A DNA stretch of 61,138 nucleotides. It comes from an uncultured Verrucomicrobiales bacterium (GTDB taxonomy: Bacteria; Verrucomicrobiota; Verrucomicrobiia; Verrucomicrobiales; DEV007). Shown here piece after piece: positions 40,901-50,349 of the stretch (position 1 is the first letter of the stretch; every line of letters starts with the position of its first letter). The DNA lies in assembly GCA_938091905.1 (NCBI GenBank), contig CALKOM010000095.1, positions 1 to 61,138 of the forward strand, in the 5' to 3' direction. The notes under the pieces were generated by a model, which was not told where the DNA came from, did not search any database, and worked only from the letters and a program-made list of their open reading frames with translations. The position numbers and the translations under genes were made by a program.

Positions 40901-41708
40901 CTCGGCCCACGTCGAGCACGCCAGGCAAGCAATCAGGATAGTATTTTGGGTAGGCCCCCACGCTTTGCCATCCCTGATCACCACCCGTCGCCCAATGGTT
41001 GAGTCGGACAGGGCGATAGAAGGGCAAATCAACATGCCATTCCATGTCACTATCAAAGCTAAAGAACTCCCCAAGGTAATTCATGCCCAAGCTAGGCGGA
41101 TTGCGTCCGCCAGAACCCACACATTCCCACTGCTGACCGGTGGGATCAATGCGAAACACCGAAGCGTCCCGTTCATAGAGGACGGGAGAAGTCTCCTCCG
41201 TGATGTGTTTGCGATCACCAGTACCACCGCCATCACCACTTACAAAGTAGAGGTAATCATCTAGCCCACGAAGAATCGTATGCGCTGCATGGTCACCACC
41301 TGTCCGGAACGAAGCTCCCAGCCGCCCCTCATGTTTCAACGGGCCTCCTGACTGATAACCACTGAAGCGTTGCAAACCATCCCCGCCCACGGCGTAAAGC
41401 GTGTCGCCAAAGACGACCAGCCCCTGCGGCCCACGACCACCCAGCCCTTCGGCAATGATGGCGTACGTGTCATAGACCTGATCCCCATCCGAGTCGTCAA
41501 GCCGCCTTACATTCTTGCCATCACCGACCAACAACCGCCCCTCACCATCAAAAGTAATATCGTAGGACCCAGCGGTGAGCTCTGGCGGGGCCACCTTGTA
41601 AATGTGAAATCCTGGCGGAAGATCAAAGGCATCGTCCTGCAAGACGGGTGCCGCCGGGGAAACTGAGACGAGCAAGAAGGGAAGGAGAAAGAGTAGACGC
41701 GGGTGCAT
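37947..41708 (-). CDS. PVC-type heme-binding CxxCH protein (putative membrane-bound dehydrogenase propeller + HEAT repeats + cytochrome c)
   Basis: LPPGF, DSDGD, GRNP, DSDMEW, HEAT repeats, jelly-roll insert TCDNEF..LNG, CFACH...FGPAL...SLMP. Confidence 0.9.
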   Translation of the reverse strand: MHPRLLFLLPFLLVSVSPAAPVLQDDAFDLPPGFHIYKVAPPELTAGSYDITFDGEGRLLVGDGKNVRRLDDSDGDQVYDTYAIIAEGLGGRGPQGLVVFGDTLYAVGGDGLQRFSGYQSGGPLKHEGRLGASFRTGGDHAAHTILRGLDDYLYFVSGDGGGTGDRKHITEETSPVLYERDASVFRIDPTGQQWECVGSGGRNPPSLGMNYLGEFFSFDSDMEWHVDLPFYRPVRLNHWATGGDQGWQSVGAYPKYYPDCLPGVLDVGRGSPDWGQFYEHTAFPAHYRDAFLVCDYQWKSATSGGYANPGRVVAFHLERSEATWKAEMTVLAQPKRESDIGFGVVDVEVAPDGSLMISDHNQGVWRLFYDPNSDGIAPEIVPTVPSQEPSVEAILTLPQPMAEWSRVAQKGMLDGHGEQLSQALNVWIQDPAKPLRQRLRALRLRAPAFRDLKSSLIEGLTQDPKPEMRGQAAWLVGLRQRAEEVSWIVGLLEDPDSFVRRRAAECFTRFSDSRAVPGLVARLSDSDRFVRYAAMTALSHRPTGELVALMQESREPAALLRLLVATHLRRDRPESADVCRVVEYLLVAERSGDVAAQLDFLRVLGLFEKEVSKDEALVGRVKEYLIQGYPEKDRELRWEKGRLLGDYGVGEGFTLILKELERETDGVTQFHLADCLSRISAGWAPEESQRLVRWLVSAQTGWFAEFEGKGRQFPSFWGAVLTRLGSLHGQAFMAEANQFVSGSQLADVGFKVIQKTPGADKIVIGALSDASGLAETQRLLGVLEGMPTPTVVEALLGQLDGTNERARRDAFVAALAAHDLPAKRSALFLQEILKVEDKRTISRCAERLRADAFTFEEYEFRKDLQLDHWSGEQAVAFRLLELMGQHPDVVIEIEGALAAVVSHSRPSHQPMLQVIWTSTEQNNDERAWFTRSFRLEGAPVSGKLLLTCDNEFEAHLNGERVAVGKNWERPQTVDVASKLREGENRFCIVGLNHGGPAGLALDLAWETSTRSGRVVTDTTWKVNTVEPPKGWITRGDAVGNWYAGKDVSKPTDNVLTTMKNRLGKEPLTQPESIQEYWQLWYRHRFGQPFAPRLPPSEQLDDAALHDFVVGMKGYSGDIARGRQVYLEASCFACHGGVDDQSSAVFGPALAGATKRLNVGELADALVYPSRQVPDRFKAQQVLTIDGRTLGGFLTEQSEGFIAITDLQNQVTRLPRRSVKEIEAQATSLMPAKLLNRFSLEDIGHLMAFLHQMK

Positions 41709-42030
41709 AGAGACGATCCTAGCGACTTCTCGCGAGGAGGAGAAGCTCATGGTTCTAAAGTTCGCTTGCCCACGCCATCCAAACACAATCTCGACCTTGG
41801 TCCGTATGGCTCAAGCCTCTCGGCATTGGGCGGGTATCCTTAGACGGCGACACGCGACAAATAAGGGGCGGATTTCAAGCGGGGTTGATCGATCAACGAT
41901 AATGGATGCCAGCCAGCAGAGCCGAACTCCCTCTCTTTGCTACTTTGAAGTTGCTACTCAACCTTGCCAATCCATTCATGACTGAGCTAGGCTAGGAATG
42001 GAGACCTAAAATCGCTACGTTTGTTGAGCC

Positions 42031-43431
42031 ATGAAGCTATTAAAGATAGGAATTACCCTACTGTTAGCCGCCGTTGGCATTGCCTCCGGTTCCCCAAATG
42101 TGGTTCTGTTTCTCGTCGATGATCTCGGGTGGATGGACCTTGGGTGCCAGGGCAGCAAATACTATCAAACTCCAAACATTGATGCCTTGGCCAAATCTGG
42201 TGTTCGTTTCACCAATGCCTATGCGGCTTGTGCCGTTTGTTCGCCAACGCGTGCCGCCATCCTGACCGGCAAGTATCCTGCACGGCTCATGCTCACCCAG
42301 TGGTTGCCTGCCGGCCGGTGGAACGCCCAGAAGAATCGCAGGCGTGAAGGACGCTTTGTCCGTTCCTTGCCCCTGGAGGAGATCACGATTGCTGAGGCGC
42401 TTCGGGATGCCGGTTATACGACTTGGCATATTGGGAAATGGCATCTCGGCGGGGCGCCGTTCTCACTACCACAGCATCATGGTTTCAACGTCAACATCGC
42501 TGGGGACGATCATGGCGCGCCAGGCAGCTACTTCTACCCTTTCAAAGGCACATGGCGCATTCCCACGACACCGCACAAAGCATCGAAGCAAGCATTCAGT
42601 GGCGGCAAAGAAGGCGATTACCTGACGGATGTGCTATCGGCAGCAGCGGTGAATCTGATTCGTAAGCATGATCAAGAGAAGCCGTTCTTTCTCTACTTTC
42701 CCTTCTACAATGTGCACACGCCTTTGCAGGGGAAGAAGGACAAGGTCGACCGCTATGCGGCCATTCCCAAGTCCAAACGGCAGGGCACGCCAGACTACGC
42801 GGCGATGGTCGAGTCGGTTGACGAAGGGGTAGGCAAGGTAATGGCATCACTTCGGGAGTTGAATCTACTTGAGAACACTCTCGTGATCTTCACGTCCGAC
42901 AATGGCGGGTTTGCCAAGGCGACCACGCATGGCCCACTGCGTGCCAACAAAGGATCCCACTACGAAGGCGGCATTCGCGTACCGCTGATTATGGCGGGTG
43001 CCGGTGTGCTCAATCCAGATCGGACGAGCACCATCCCCGCGACCAGTTCCGATCTTTATCCAACAATCTTGGAAACGACTGGTCTATCGCCGAAATCTCA
43101 CCAGCACCTGGATGGCATTAGCCTAACAGGCATCCTAACCAAAAAAGCATCACCTGATAGGAAATCCATCTTCTGGCATTACCCCCACTACAATCGACAC
43201 CCGTCGAGCGCTCCCGTCTCCATTATCCGCCAAGGCCCGTGGAAGCTGATCGAGTTTCTCGAAACGGACACCATTGAGCTCTACAACCTTGCAGCTGATC
43301 TCGGGGAATCCAAAGATCTCGCGAATGCCCAGCCCAAGCGTGCTGCCGAGTTGCGGGCGGAGCTCCACGCCTGGAAGACCACTGTGGGAGCAGATCCCAT
43401 GAAGCCAAACCCAGAATACCAAGCCCCATGA
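42031..43431 (+). CDS. Sulfatase (S1, Cys-type)
   Basis: NVVLFLVDDLG, CSPTR, GKWHLG, SDNGG, YEGGIRVP. Confidence 0.95.
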   Translation: MKLLKIGITLLLAAVGIASGSPNVVLFLVDDLGWMDLGCQGSKYYQTPNIDALAKSGVRFTNAYAACAVCSPTRAAILTGKYPARLMLTQWLPAGRWNAQKNRRREGRFVRSLPLEEITIAEALRDAGYTTWHIGKWHLGGAPFSLPQHHGFNVNIAGDDHGAPGSYFYPFKGTWRIPTTPHKASKQAFSGGKEGDYLTDVLSAAAVNLIRKHDQEKPFFLYFPFYNVHTPLQGKKDKVDRYAAIPKSKRQGTPDYAAMVESVDEGVGKVMASLRELNLLENTLVIFTSDNGGFAKATTHGPLRANKGSHYEGGIRVPLIMAGAGVLNPDRTSTIPATSSDLYPTILETTGLSPKSHQHLDGISLTGILTKKASPDRKSIFWHYPHYNRHPSSAPVSIIRQGPWKLIEFLETDTIELYNLAADLGESKDLANAQPKRAAELRAELHAWKTTVGADPMKPNPEYQAP

Positions 43432-45038
43432 AATGCTTCGCCTTGTTCCTCTTGCTTGCCACTCCGCTCGTCATTACTTCTGCTGCAGATAAGCGCCCTA
43501 ATATTCTATTAATAGTATCGGAAGACAATGGGCCGGAGCTCGGCTGCTATGGTGAGCCCTTTGTGAAAACGCCAGTTCTCGATTCCTTGGCGACCGCTGG
43601 GGTGCGTTTCGAGCGAGCTTACGTTCCTCAGGCCGGCTGCAGCCAGTCTCGAGCAGCATTGATGACGGGATTGTACCCCCATCAGAACGGACAAATTGGC
43701 TTAGCTACTTGGAAGTTCGGCTTGTACGACGATAAGACTCCTAACCTCGTTCGCAGTCTCAAGCAGGCAGGCTACCGCACAGGAATCGTTGGCAAACTAC
43801 ACATCAATCCGAAGTCCGCGTTTCCATTCGATTTCGAAGCGATTCCGAAATCAAACTTCACCCGCAAAGGGCTTAAAGATTATGCAAGGGAAGCGGCCAA
43901 GTTTATAGAGACGAGTGAGAAACCGTTCTTCCTCAGTGTGAACTATCCCGATGCACATCGGCCGTTCACTACGCAGGTCGATGGGATACCGTCCAACCCA
44001 TTGACGGGAGAAGACGTGAAACCGCTGGCCTACTTTGGCCTTGATTCGCCCGATCTTCGGCAGCAAACAGCCGACTATTACAACTGCATGGCCCGGCTGG
44101 ATTCGCAGATAGGCGAATTGTTGAAAGTTCTGGAATCATCGGGGAAACGCGACAACACAAGGATCATCTACCTGGGTGATCACGGTGCGGACCTGCTGCG
44201 CGGGAAGCGAACATCCTATGAGGGTGGTGTCCGTATCCCACTGATCGTCGCTGGCCATGGCGTGAATGCGCAACCCGCGCGAAACGAATTAGTGTCTACG
44301 TTAGACCTCATACCAACGTTATTAGAAATCTCTAGCGCTCAGGCCGTCAGTGGGTTGCCTGGCCGTTCGCTGACACCGTTGCTAAAACAGAAACCTGTCG
44401 AGTGGCGGCAATACCTCTACACTGAGTTTCACACCCACTCGGCGCACAATTACTACCCACAGCGGACGGTTCGTGATGACCGCTTCAAGCTCATCCACAA
44501 TCTCATGCCCGACAAGGTGAACCCAGGCTATAACTTCACCAATCGGCGCTTCTTTGAAGGTCTGGAAAAGGTGATCCATGCCACGCCCGAGCCCGTTCGT
44601 GGCGCCTATCAGCGCATGCGAAAGCCGCCCGAGTTTGAGCTCTACGATCTTCACACGGATCCTCACGAATTCGTCAACCTTACCCACGTTCCTGCACACG
44701 CGGAGACGCTCGCTCGTCTACAAAATCAGTTGGCGGCCTGGCGCAAGGCGACGAAGGACCCCATGCTGCGCCCGGCGAACATTTCTCGTCTAAAAAGAGA
44801 GATCGATGCCTGCCTAGAAGACGGCACGGCCAAGAAGGACCTGCTAGAACTGAACTATCGGGATTACTTCTTCTCAGAGGCTTCTGACACAACGAGCAAA
44901 CCAAAGAACGTCCTGTTCATCGCTGTCGACGATCTCCGGCCTGCGCTTGGTTGCTATGGTGATGATGTTGCCATCACCCCCAACATCGATTCTTTAGCAA
45001 AACAAGGCACCACATTTCTTCGCACCTACTGCCAGTAA
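43428..45038 (+). CDS. Sulfatase (N-sulfoglucosamine sulfohydrolase-like) fused to the start of a second, broken sulfatase domain
   Basis: SEDNG, CSQSR, GKLH, DAHRP, GDHG, then KNVLFIAVDDLRP...TYCQ*. Confidence 0.9.
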   Translation: MKCFALFLLLATPLVITSAADKRPNILLIVSEDNGPELGCYGEPFVKTPVLDSLATAGVRFERAYVPQAGCSQSRAALMTGLYPHQNGQIGLATWKFGLYDDKTPNLVRSLKQAGYRTGIVGKLHINPKSAFPFDFEAIPKSNFTRKGLKDYAREAAKFIETSEKPFFLSVNYPDAHRPFTTQVDGIPSNPLTGEDVKPLAYFGLDSPDLRQQTADYYNCMARLDSQIGELLKVLESSGKRDNTRIIYLGDHGADLLRGKRTSYEGGVRIPLIVAGHGVNAQPARNELVSTLDLIPTLLEISSAQAVSGLPGRSLTPLLKQKPVEWRQYLYTEFHTHSAHNYYPQRTVRDDRFKLIHNLMPDKVNPGYNFTNRRFFEGLEKVIHATPEPVRGAYQRMRKPPEFELYDLHTDPHEFVNLTHVPAHAETLARLQNQLAAWRKATKDPMLRPANISRLKREIDACLEDGTAKKDLLELNYRDYFFSEASDTTSKPKNVLFIAVDDLRPALGCYGDDVAITPNIDSLAKQGTTFLRTYCQ

Positions 45039-45140
45039 GCGGTGTGTAGGCCTTCGCGATTGTCCTTGATGACCGGACGACGTCCGGACACAACGCGTGT
45101 CTGGGATCTGAAAACACATTTCCGCAAAGCGCTTCCCGGC
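44900..45140 (+). pseudogene. Second (iduronate-2-sulfatase-like) domain with an in-frame TAA, then truncated
   Basis: [32 protein letters not shown]; similarity ends abruptly near 45140. Confidence 0.8.
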
Positions 45141-45541
45141 CCTTCCCTCTACACCAAACGCGGGAGGAACGAGGCGCGGGAGAGAGTCTTTACTATCATA
45201 TTCAGTATGATGGTCGCTCGCACTACGATGCGATCGCGCAAGACAAGCTGCTCAAACCGTGCCACCTGAATGAGTTTCTGAGGGAGTGGGATGGCGCCTT
45301 TCAACACATTGTCAGAGTGCACTGTGTCAGCAAAGAACCAGAAATCACCCTTTGGATCAATGGCTTCGAGATCAGCCACTTCATCGCAAGCACCCTTGAT
45401 CTACAAGAGAAGTGCCCTGTTCAGATTGGGTCGATCGAGAGTTTTGCGGCTCATCCTTCAGGTAGCCTTGCGCTTACGTTCCATTCCATGCCGGAAGAAG
45501 AACCACCGTTCCTGTTGCGCGACGTGCGTCTCAAGCCATGA
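45140..45541 (+). pseudogene. 3' remnant of a probable DUF1080 (3-keto-disaccharide hydrolase-like) gene
   Basis: Open frame with no start: EFLREWDG....VRVHCV...PEITLWING...GSLALTFH......LRDVRLKP*. Confidence 0.5.
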
Positions 45542-45953
45542 GTGGCCTTAATGCAGAATGGCACGGAATTAGGGTGGGTTATGGGCGAATTGCGCGGAAT
45601 AGGCCTACGGCTGGCGTTTGGAGATTGGGGCTGATTGAAGCCTTTGGTAGAGGTGACCTCTATGCTATCAATAGGCTTTCACTTCGATTAACAATAGACT
45701 ACACTAAGACTTACATTCTACCAACTATTGATGCTCTACTAGTGAGAAACAGTTCGCGTTGCCCGAGTGCCAAATAAAGACGGTGAGTTCCGAATAGACA
45801 GCGCTTTGTTAGCACTTGAATCCTGACGGCTGCCCTACAGGACGTAACCAACTGACTTTATTGGGAAGCAATGACCGTCTACCTTGCGAATCTCTATTGG
45901 CACAAGCGGCACCTTTCGTTGGAAAGCGCCTCACCAGATGTCACGGCCAGAAC

Positions 45954-47453
45954 TCATAAGACAAGCTCGTGCGCGACTTGTCCGTGAACATCGGTTAGGC
46001 GACGCTCGATGCCGTTGTGGTAAAAGCTTAGCCGCTCATGATCCAGGCCGAGGAGGTGCAGCACGGTGGCGTAGAAATCGTAGACGGTCATGACATTCTC
46101 GACGGCTTTGTGACCGAAGGCATCCGTGGCCCCGTAGGTATAGGGCACCTTGACGCCGGCGCCCGCCATCCAGGCTGTGAAGCCTGAAGGATTGTGATCG
46201 CGACCACTGGCACCTTTCTGGAAGGTTGGCATGCGGCCAAATTCGGTGCACCAGATGACCAGTGTATTGTCTAACAACCCGCGCTGTTTCAGGTCGCGGA
46301 TTAGGGCCGCCGTGGGCTGGTCCAGAACGGGACCGTGTTTGCCATACTGTTCCTGTAGAAACTTGTGCCCATCCCAGTTGCTCACACCTTCTCCACCCGT
46401 CTGGTAGGCGCCGTTGAAGAGTTGCACAAAGCGCACGCCCTTTTCGACCAGGCGTCTTGCTAGGATGCAGTTGCGTGCATATGCAGCCTTCAAATCCCTC
46501 ACGGAATCACCAGCATCATCCGCGCCGTACATCTCGAGGATGTGTGCCGGCTCGGTAGTAATGTCGCTCACCTCGGGCACACTCAATTGCATGCGCGCGG
46601 CAAGTTCGTAGCTGGAAATGCGCGCCGCGAGTTCCGTGTCCCCAGGATAGCGTTTCAAATGATGCTGATTCAGTTTCTCCAAGAACGAGCGGGTAGCACG
46701 ATCACTTGAAGGGCTGATTCCGTTAGGTCGATTGATGTTTCTTACAGGATTGGTCGCGTTGAAATCCGTTCCTTGAAAAGCAGCGGGAAGAAAGCCTGGC
46801 CCCCAACAGTTGACGCTTGATTGCGGATAGCCTCGCGGGTCGGGGATGGCGACATAGGCAGGCAAAGAGGCGTTCTCGCTTCCTAACGCATAGGTTGTCC
46901 ATGATCCCGCGCTTGGAAAGCCATCAAGCGTGAAGCCGGTGTTCATGAAATTCTCACCGGGACCGTGGGTATTGGTCTTGCCGGTTAGGGAATGAATGAA
47001 GCACATGTCATCGACTAAGGCTCCCAAATGAGGAACCAAATCGGAAATCATCTTGCCACATTGACCGCGTGGACGGAACTCCCACGGACTCTTGGTGAGA
47101 TTACCCTGCTCGCCTTGAAAGGTGATCAACTTGTCGCCTCCAGGCATGGGTTGACCGTGATACTTGATGAGGTCGGGCTTGTATTCAAAGGTATCAAGCG
47201 GACTACAGGCGCCCGAACTGAAAATCATCAACACATTGCGCGCTGCGGCGTCGAAGTGGGGTGTGCGAGGTGCGCTGGGATTTGCGGGATCAATGTCAGG
47301 TCGAATGGGGGTCTTCCCAGGGGCACTCTCACGCAACTGCGGCGTAGCGCCTAACAGGCTCTCTGATTGAAGAAGCTGTGCTAAAGCAATGCCGCTAAGT
47401 GCAGAGGCGTTCTCCGTGAGGAAGCGGCGGCGATTGAGAAGAGGGTGGCTCAT
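45954..47453 (-). CDS. DUF1501 family protein (Tat leader)
   Basis: NRRRFL leader, [38 protein letters not shown]. Confidence 0.95.
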   Translation of the reverse strand: MSHPLLNRRRFLTENASALSGIALAQLLQSESLLGATPQLRESAPGKTPIRPDIDPANPSAPRTPHFDAAARNVLMIFSSGACSPLDTFEYKPDLIKYHGQPMPGGDKLITFQGEQGNLTKSPWEFRPRGQCGKMISDLVPHLGALVDDMCFIHSLTGKTNTHGPGENFMNTGFTLDGFPSAGSWTTYALGSENASLPAYVAIPDPRGYPQSSVNCWGPGFLPAAFQGTDFNATNPVRNINRPNGISPSSDRATRSFLEKLNQHHLKRYPGDTELAARISSYELAARMQLSVPEVSDITTEPAHILEMYGADDAGDSVRDLKAAYARNCILARRLVEKGVRFVQLFNGAYQTGGEGVSNWDGHKFLQEQYGKHGPVLDQPTAALIRDLKQRGLLDNTLVIWCTEFGRMPTFQKGASGRDHNPSGFTAWMAGAGVKVPYTYGATDAFGHKAVENVMTVYDFYATVLHLLGLDHERLSFYHNGIERRLTDVHGQVAHELVL

Positions 47454-47458
47454 GGGTA

Positions 47459-47520
47459 GTGGCGGTGATTTTCAGTCGCCGCAGTCTAACATTTCAGCGG
47501 CGACTGAAAGTCACCGCCAC
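47459..47520. repeat. REP doublet (REPIN-like), family A
   Basis: 24-bp inverted arms at 47459-47482 and 47497-47520 (1 mismatch), GTGGCGGTGA(C/T)TTTCAGTCGCCGC, with a 14-nt spacer. Confidence 0.92.
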
Positions 47521-47532
47521 CAAGGTTCGTCA

Positions 47533-50349
47533 TCAGAACACAAATAGAAATTCACTGGTGTTATAAAGCGCCCGACAGAAGGCTGGCAATCCTTCGGCCT
47601 GGATCATCTTAGCGGAAGTTTCCAGTTCATACCCATCGGCAGGCCTGCTGTAGAACAGCTCAAAGGCTAGTTGCACTTGTTCATTCACATCGGTTCCACA
47701 TTCATCCTGTAAACGTTTTGTAAGGATATCTGCCTGTTGAAGCACGAAGGCGCTGTTGAACAGATTCAAGGCTTGAAGCGGCGTGTTCGACCGGCTTCGT
47801 TTGGGAATGACCTGATTTCCATCCGGGCAATCGAACGCTCCAAAGATGGCGTCTTGTTCCTGTCGGATCTTAAACAGGTAGACCATGCGCCGAAATTCGG
47901 CAGGACCAAATTCCTCTTTGGGAAAGTAATGCATGACGTTCTCAACCTGCACGCGCTGCAAGTAGAAACCAGGGCCTCCAAGGGAGAGATCGAGCGCGCC
48001 AGACACCGCTAACATGCTGTCACGAATGGCCTCTGCTTCCAACCGTCGAGGTGGAAAGCGCCACAGGTACTTGGCTCCTGCATCAATGCCGATGGCGTCT
48101 TCACGTGGCTTGCTAGACTGTTGAAACGTGTGGGACAACAAGATGAGGCGCTGCATGTGCTTGACTGACCAACCGGATGCCATGAATTCGTCAGCTAGCC
48201 AATCAAGCAACTCTGGGTTGGAAGGTGAAATCCCATTCACGCCGAGGTCGCTTGGAGTTTCGGCAATGCCCTTACCAAAGATGTAATGCCATAGGCGATT
48301 GACCATCACACGTCCTGTCAGTGGATTGTCCTTGCTAGCGATCCAATGCGCCAACTTGAGCCGACGTTGCTGCTCCTCTTCGTCCAAGGCCATGCCCAGA
48401 GTACCGGTCACGGTCAACGCATCGGGTGCCACGACTTCCCGTTTCTGCATGGGCTCGCCACGGTAGAGGCGATGCGTCACGGGTGGCTTGCCGAAATTGG
48501 CCAACCAAGATCTGGGGCCGTCGCGTAGCCTAGAGATCTCTGCCGCTAACTTGTTAGACTTCGCAATCAACGCGGTCGCACGTGCCTTCTGCGCTAGGTT
48601 CAACTTTGCGACAAAGGCATTCGGGTTCGAATTGCCATTGAAGGGTTCGCGATCTTGTGAGCTGGCTACCGCCTCCCACTCCTTCCCATCCAGAGATGCC
48701 TCAATTACATAATCCGTTGCCAAGCGATCCTTGACGATTCCAGTTCGATCTCTGCCCCAAACCAGACGCTCAATGGTTTGCGGCTGCGGAAAGGCAAGCT
48801 GAATCCATCCGCGCCCGGGACTATCAGAAATCCAACTGCGGTTGTTTCCCAGGAGCCCATCATTGATGTGAACGAGCTTGTGAATCGGATACCCCTTGAG
48901 CGCTCCTGATGCTGTCGGTGTGGTTCCGCTAGAAGCAAGAGCGACGTTATTCCCGTTGGAATCATAAATCTCCAACTCATCGATGCACGGTTCTGCCCCT
49001 GAGCTAGCTCTGATCGTGAACCTTACAAACAGAGCTTTAGTGGGGGAGAATGTCTCTTCATTGCGCTGAAACGTGACCGCCGATCGCCTTGCCTTCTCGT
49101 CGCCCTTCTTGGCTTGGGCGATCTTGCGCAGTCGCTTCAACTCTTTCTCAATGGGGAGTCGTTGCGACTCTAGATTGGCAATCCTCTCCGTGGCACGGTG
49201 GTCCTTTGGAACGTTCATTGTACGCTCTCCATGCGTCACTCCGGCAAAGACGGCCTGCATCGAGTAATAATCTTTCTGTAGGATGGGATCGAACTTGTGA
49301 TTGTGACAGCGTGCGCATCCCATGGTCAATCCGAGAAATGCCGTTCCCGTGGTATTCACGATGTCGGCCAGCTCATCCTGACGCTGCATTAGCGTCAGGT
49401 TGATATCAGGACTTTTCACAATGTCGTAAGGGCCTGCGACCAGAAACCCCGTTGCCACGTCGGCGCCCACAGCGTCGCCAGCGATCTGTTCGATGATGAA
49501 TTGATCGTATGGCTTGTCGTCATTGAAGGCGTTAATCACGTAGTCGCGGTAATGATAGGCCGTCTTACGTTCACGATTGGTTTCGAAGCCATTGGAATCC
49601 GCGTAGCGAACGACATCGAGCCAATGGCGTGCCCAGCGCTCGCCATAGCGGGGGCTTTCTAACACGGAGTCAACCAACGTTTCGTAAGCGTCAGGTCTGG
49701 CGTCTGAAAGGAACGCTGCCACCTCTTCAGGAGTAGGAGGTAGGCCTAGCGCGATGAGATACAAACGACGGATCAGGATCGCTTTGTCAGCCTGCGGGGA
49801 CAAAGTGAGACTGCGCTCCTTGAGCTTGGCCAACACGAAGGCGTCGATCTCATTGCCATCAAAAGGAGGAACCGGTCGCATCACCGGTTGAAATGACCAA
49901 TGATCCGTTTCGATCTTGGGAAGGTTGGAATTGGAGATGCCGGGAAGCTTTGCGCCCTCGTCGACCCAAAGACGTAGTGTTAGAATCTGCTCCTGCGAAA
50001 GCTGCTCTCCTTTGGGAGGCATGACTTCGTTAGGACTGGCCCCGCTGACGAGTTTGATGAGGTGGCTATTCGCACTGTCACCTGCCACGAAAGCCGGCTC
50101 GCCAGAATCTCCGCCCAAGAGGATGCCTTGGGCGGAATCAAGTCTCAGCTTTGATTTCTGTTTGTCGGGTCCGTGACAATCGATGCAGTGTGCGCTGAGG
50201 ATGGGTAGGACGTCGTCCTTGAAAGAAACCTCTGCGAGCCCTGTTGCTAGCAGCAGGGTGGTGGTGACTTTTAGTCGCCACAGTAATGTTAGACAGTGGC
50301 GACTGAAAGTCACCACTACGACGAGTCTATTTGACAACGATACGAACAT
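47533..50349 (-). CDS. Planctomycete cytochrome c + DUF1549 (PSD2) + discoidin-like insert + DUF1553 (PSD1) protein
   Basis: CIDCH, HWSFQP, YGERWARHWLD, CARCHNHKFDPI, NPLTGRVMVNRLW, RRLEAEAIRD. Start uncertain (ATG 50349, TTG 50337, or a GTG inside the REP). Confidence 0.92.
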   Translation of the reverse strand: MFVSLSNRLVVVVTFSRHCLTLLWRLKVTTTLLLATGLAEVSFKDDVLPILSAHCIDCHGPDKQKSKLRLDSAQGILLGGDSGEPAFVAGDSANSHLIKLVSGASPNEVMPPKGEQLSQEQILTLRLWVDEGAKLPGISNSNLPKIETDHWSFQPVMRPVPPFDGNEIDAFVLAKLKERSLTLSPQADKAILIRRLYLIALGLPPTPEEVAAFLSDARPDAYETLVDSVLESPRYGERWARHWLDVVRYADSNGFETNRERKTAYHYRDYVINAFNDDKPYDQFIIEQIAGDAVGADVATGFLVAGPYDIVKSPDINLTLMQRQDELADIVNTTGTAFLGLTMGCARCHNHKFDPILQKDYYSMQAVFAGVTHGERTMNVPKDHRATERIANLESQRLPIEKELKRLRKIAQAKKGDEKARRSAVTFQRNEETFSPTKALFVRFTIRASSGAEPCIDELEIYDSNGNNVALASSGTTPTASGALKGYPIHKLVHINDGLLGNNRSWISDSPGRGWIQLAFPQPQTIERLVWGRDRTGIVKDRLATDYVIEASLDGKEWEAVASSQDREPFNGNSNPNAFVAKLNLAQKARATALIAKSNKLAAEISRLRDGPRSWLANFGKPPVTHRLYRGEPMQKREVVAPDALTVTGTLGMALDEEEQQRRLKLAHWIASKDNPLTGRVMVNRLWHYIFGKGIAETPSDLGVNGISPSNPELLDWLADEFMASGWSVKHMQRLILLSHTFQQSSKPREDAIGIDAGAKYLWRFPPRRLEAEAIRDSMLAVSGALDLSLGGPGFYLQRVQVENVMHYFPKEEFGPAEFRRMVYLFKIRQEQDAIFGAFDCPDGNQVIPKRSRSNTPLQALNLFNSAFVLQQADILTKRLQDECGTDVNEQVQLAFELFYSRPADGYELETSAKMIQAEGLPAFCRALYNTSEFLFVF
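50258..50319. repeat. REP doublet, family A, inside the 5' coding region of the DUF1549/1553 gene
   Basis: Arms GTGGTGGTGACTTTTAGTCGCCAC (50258-50281) and the reverse complement of GTAGTGGTGACTTTCAGTCGCCAC (50296-50319), with a 14-nt spacer. Confidence 0.92.

Noticed and set aside
45036..45038. Recoding or readthrough of the sulfatase TAA (and the gntR TAG at 60700)
   Set aside because: Both genes are also truncated shortly downstream, which fits decay. TAA and TAG act as normal stops elsewhere in the window.
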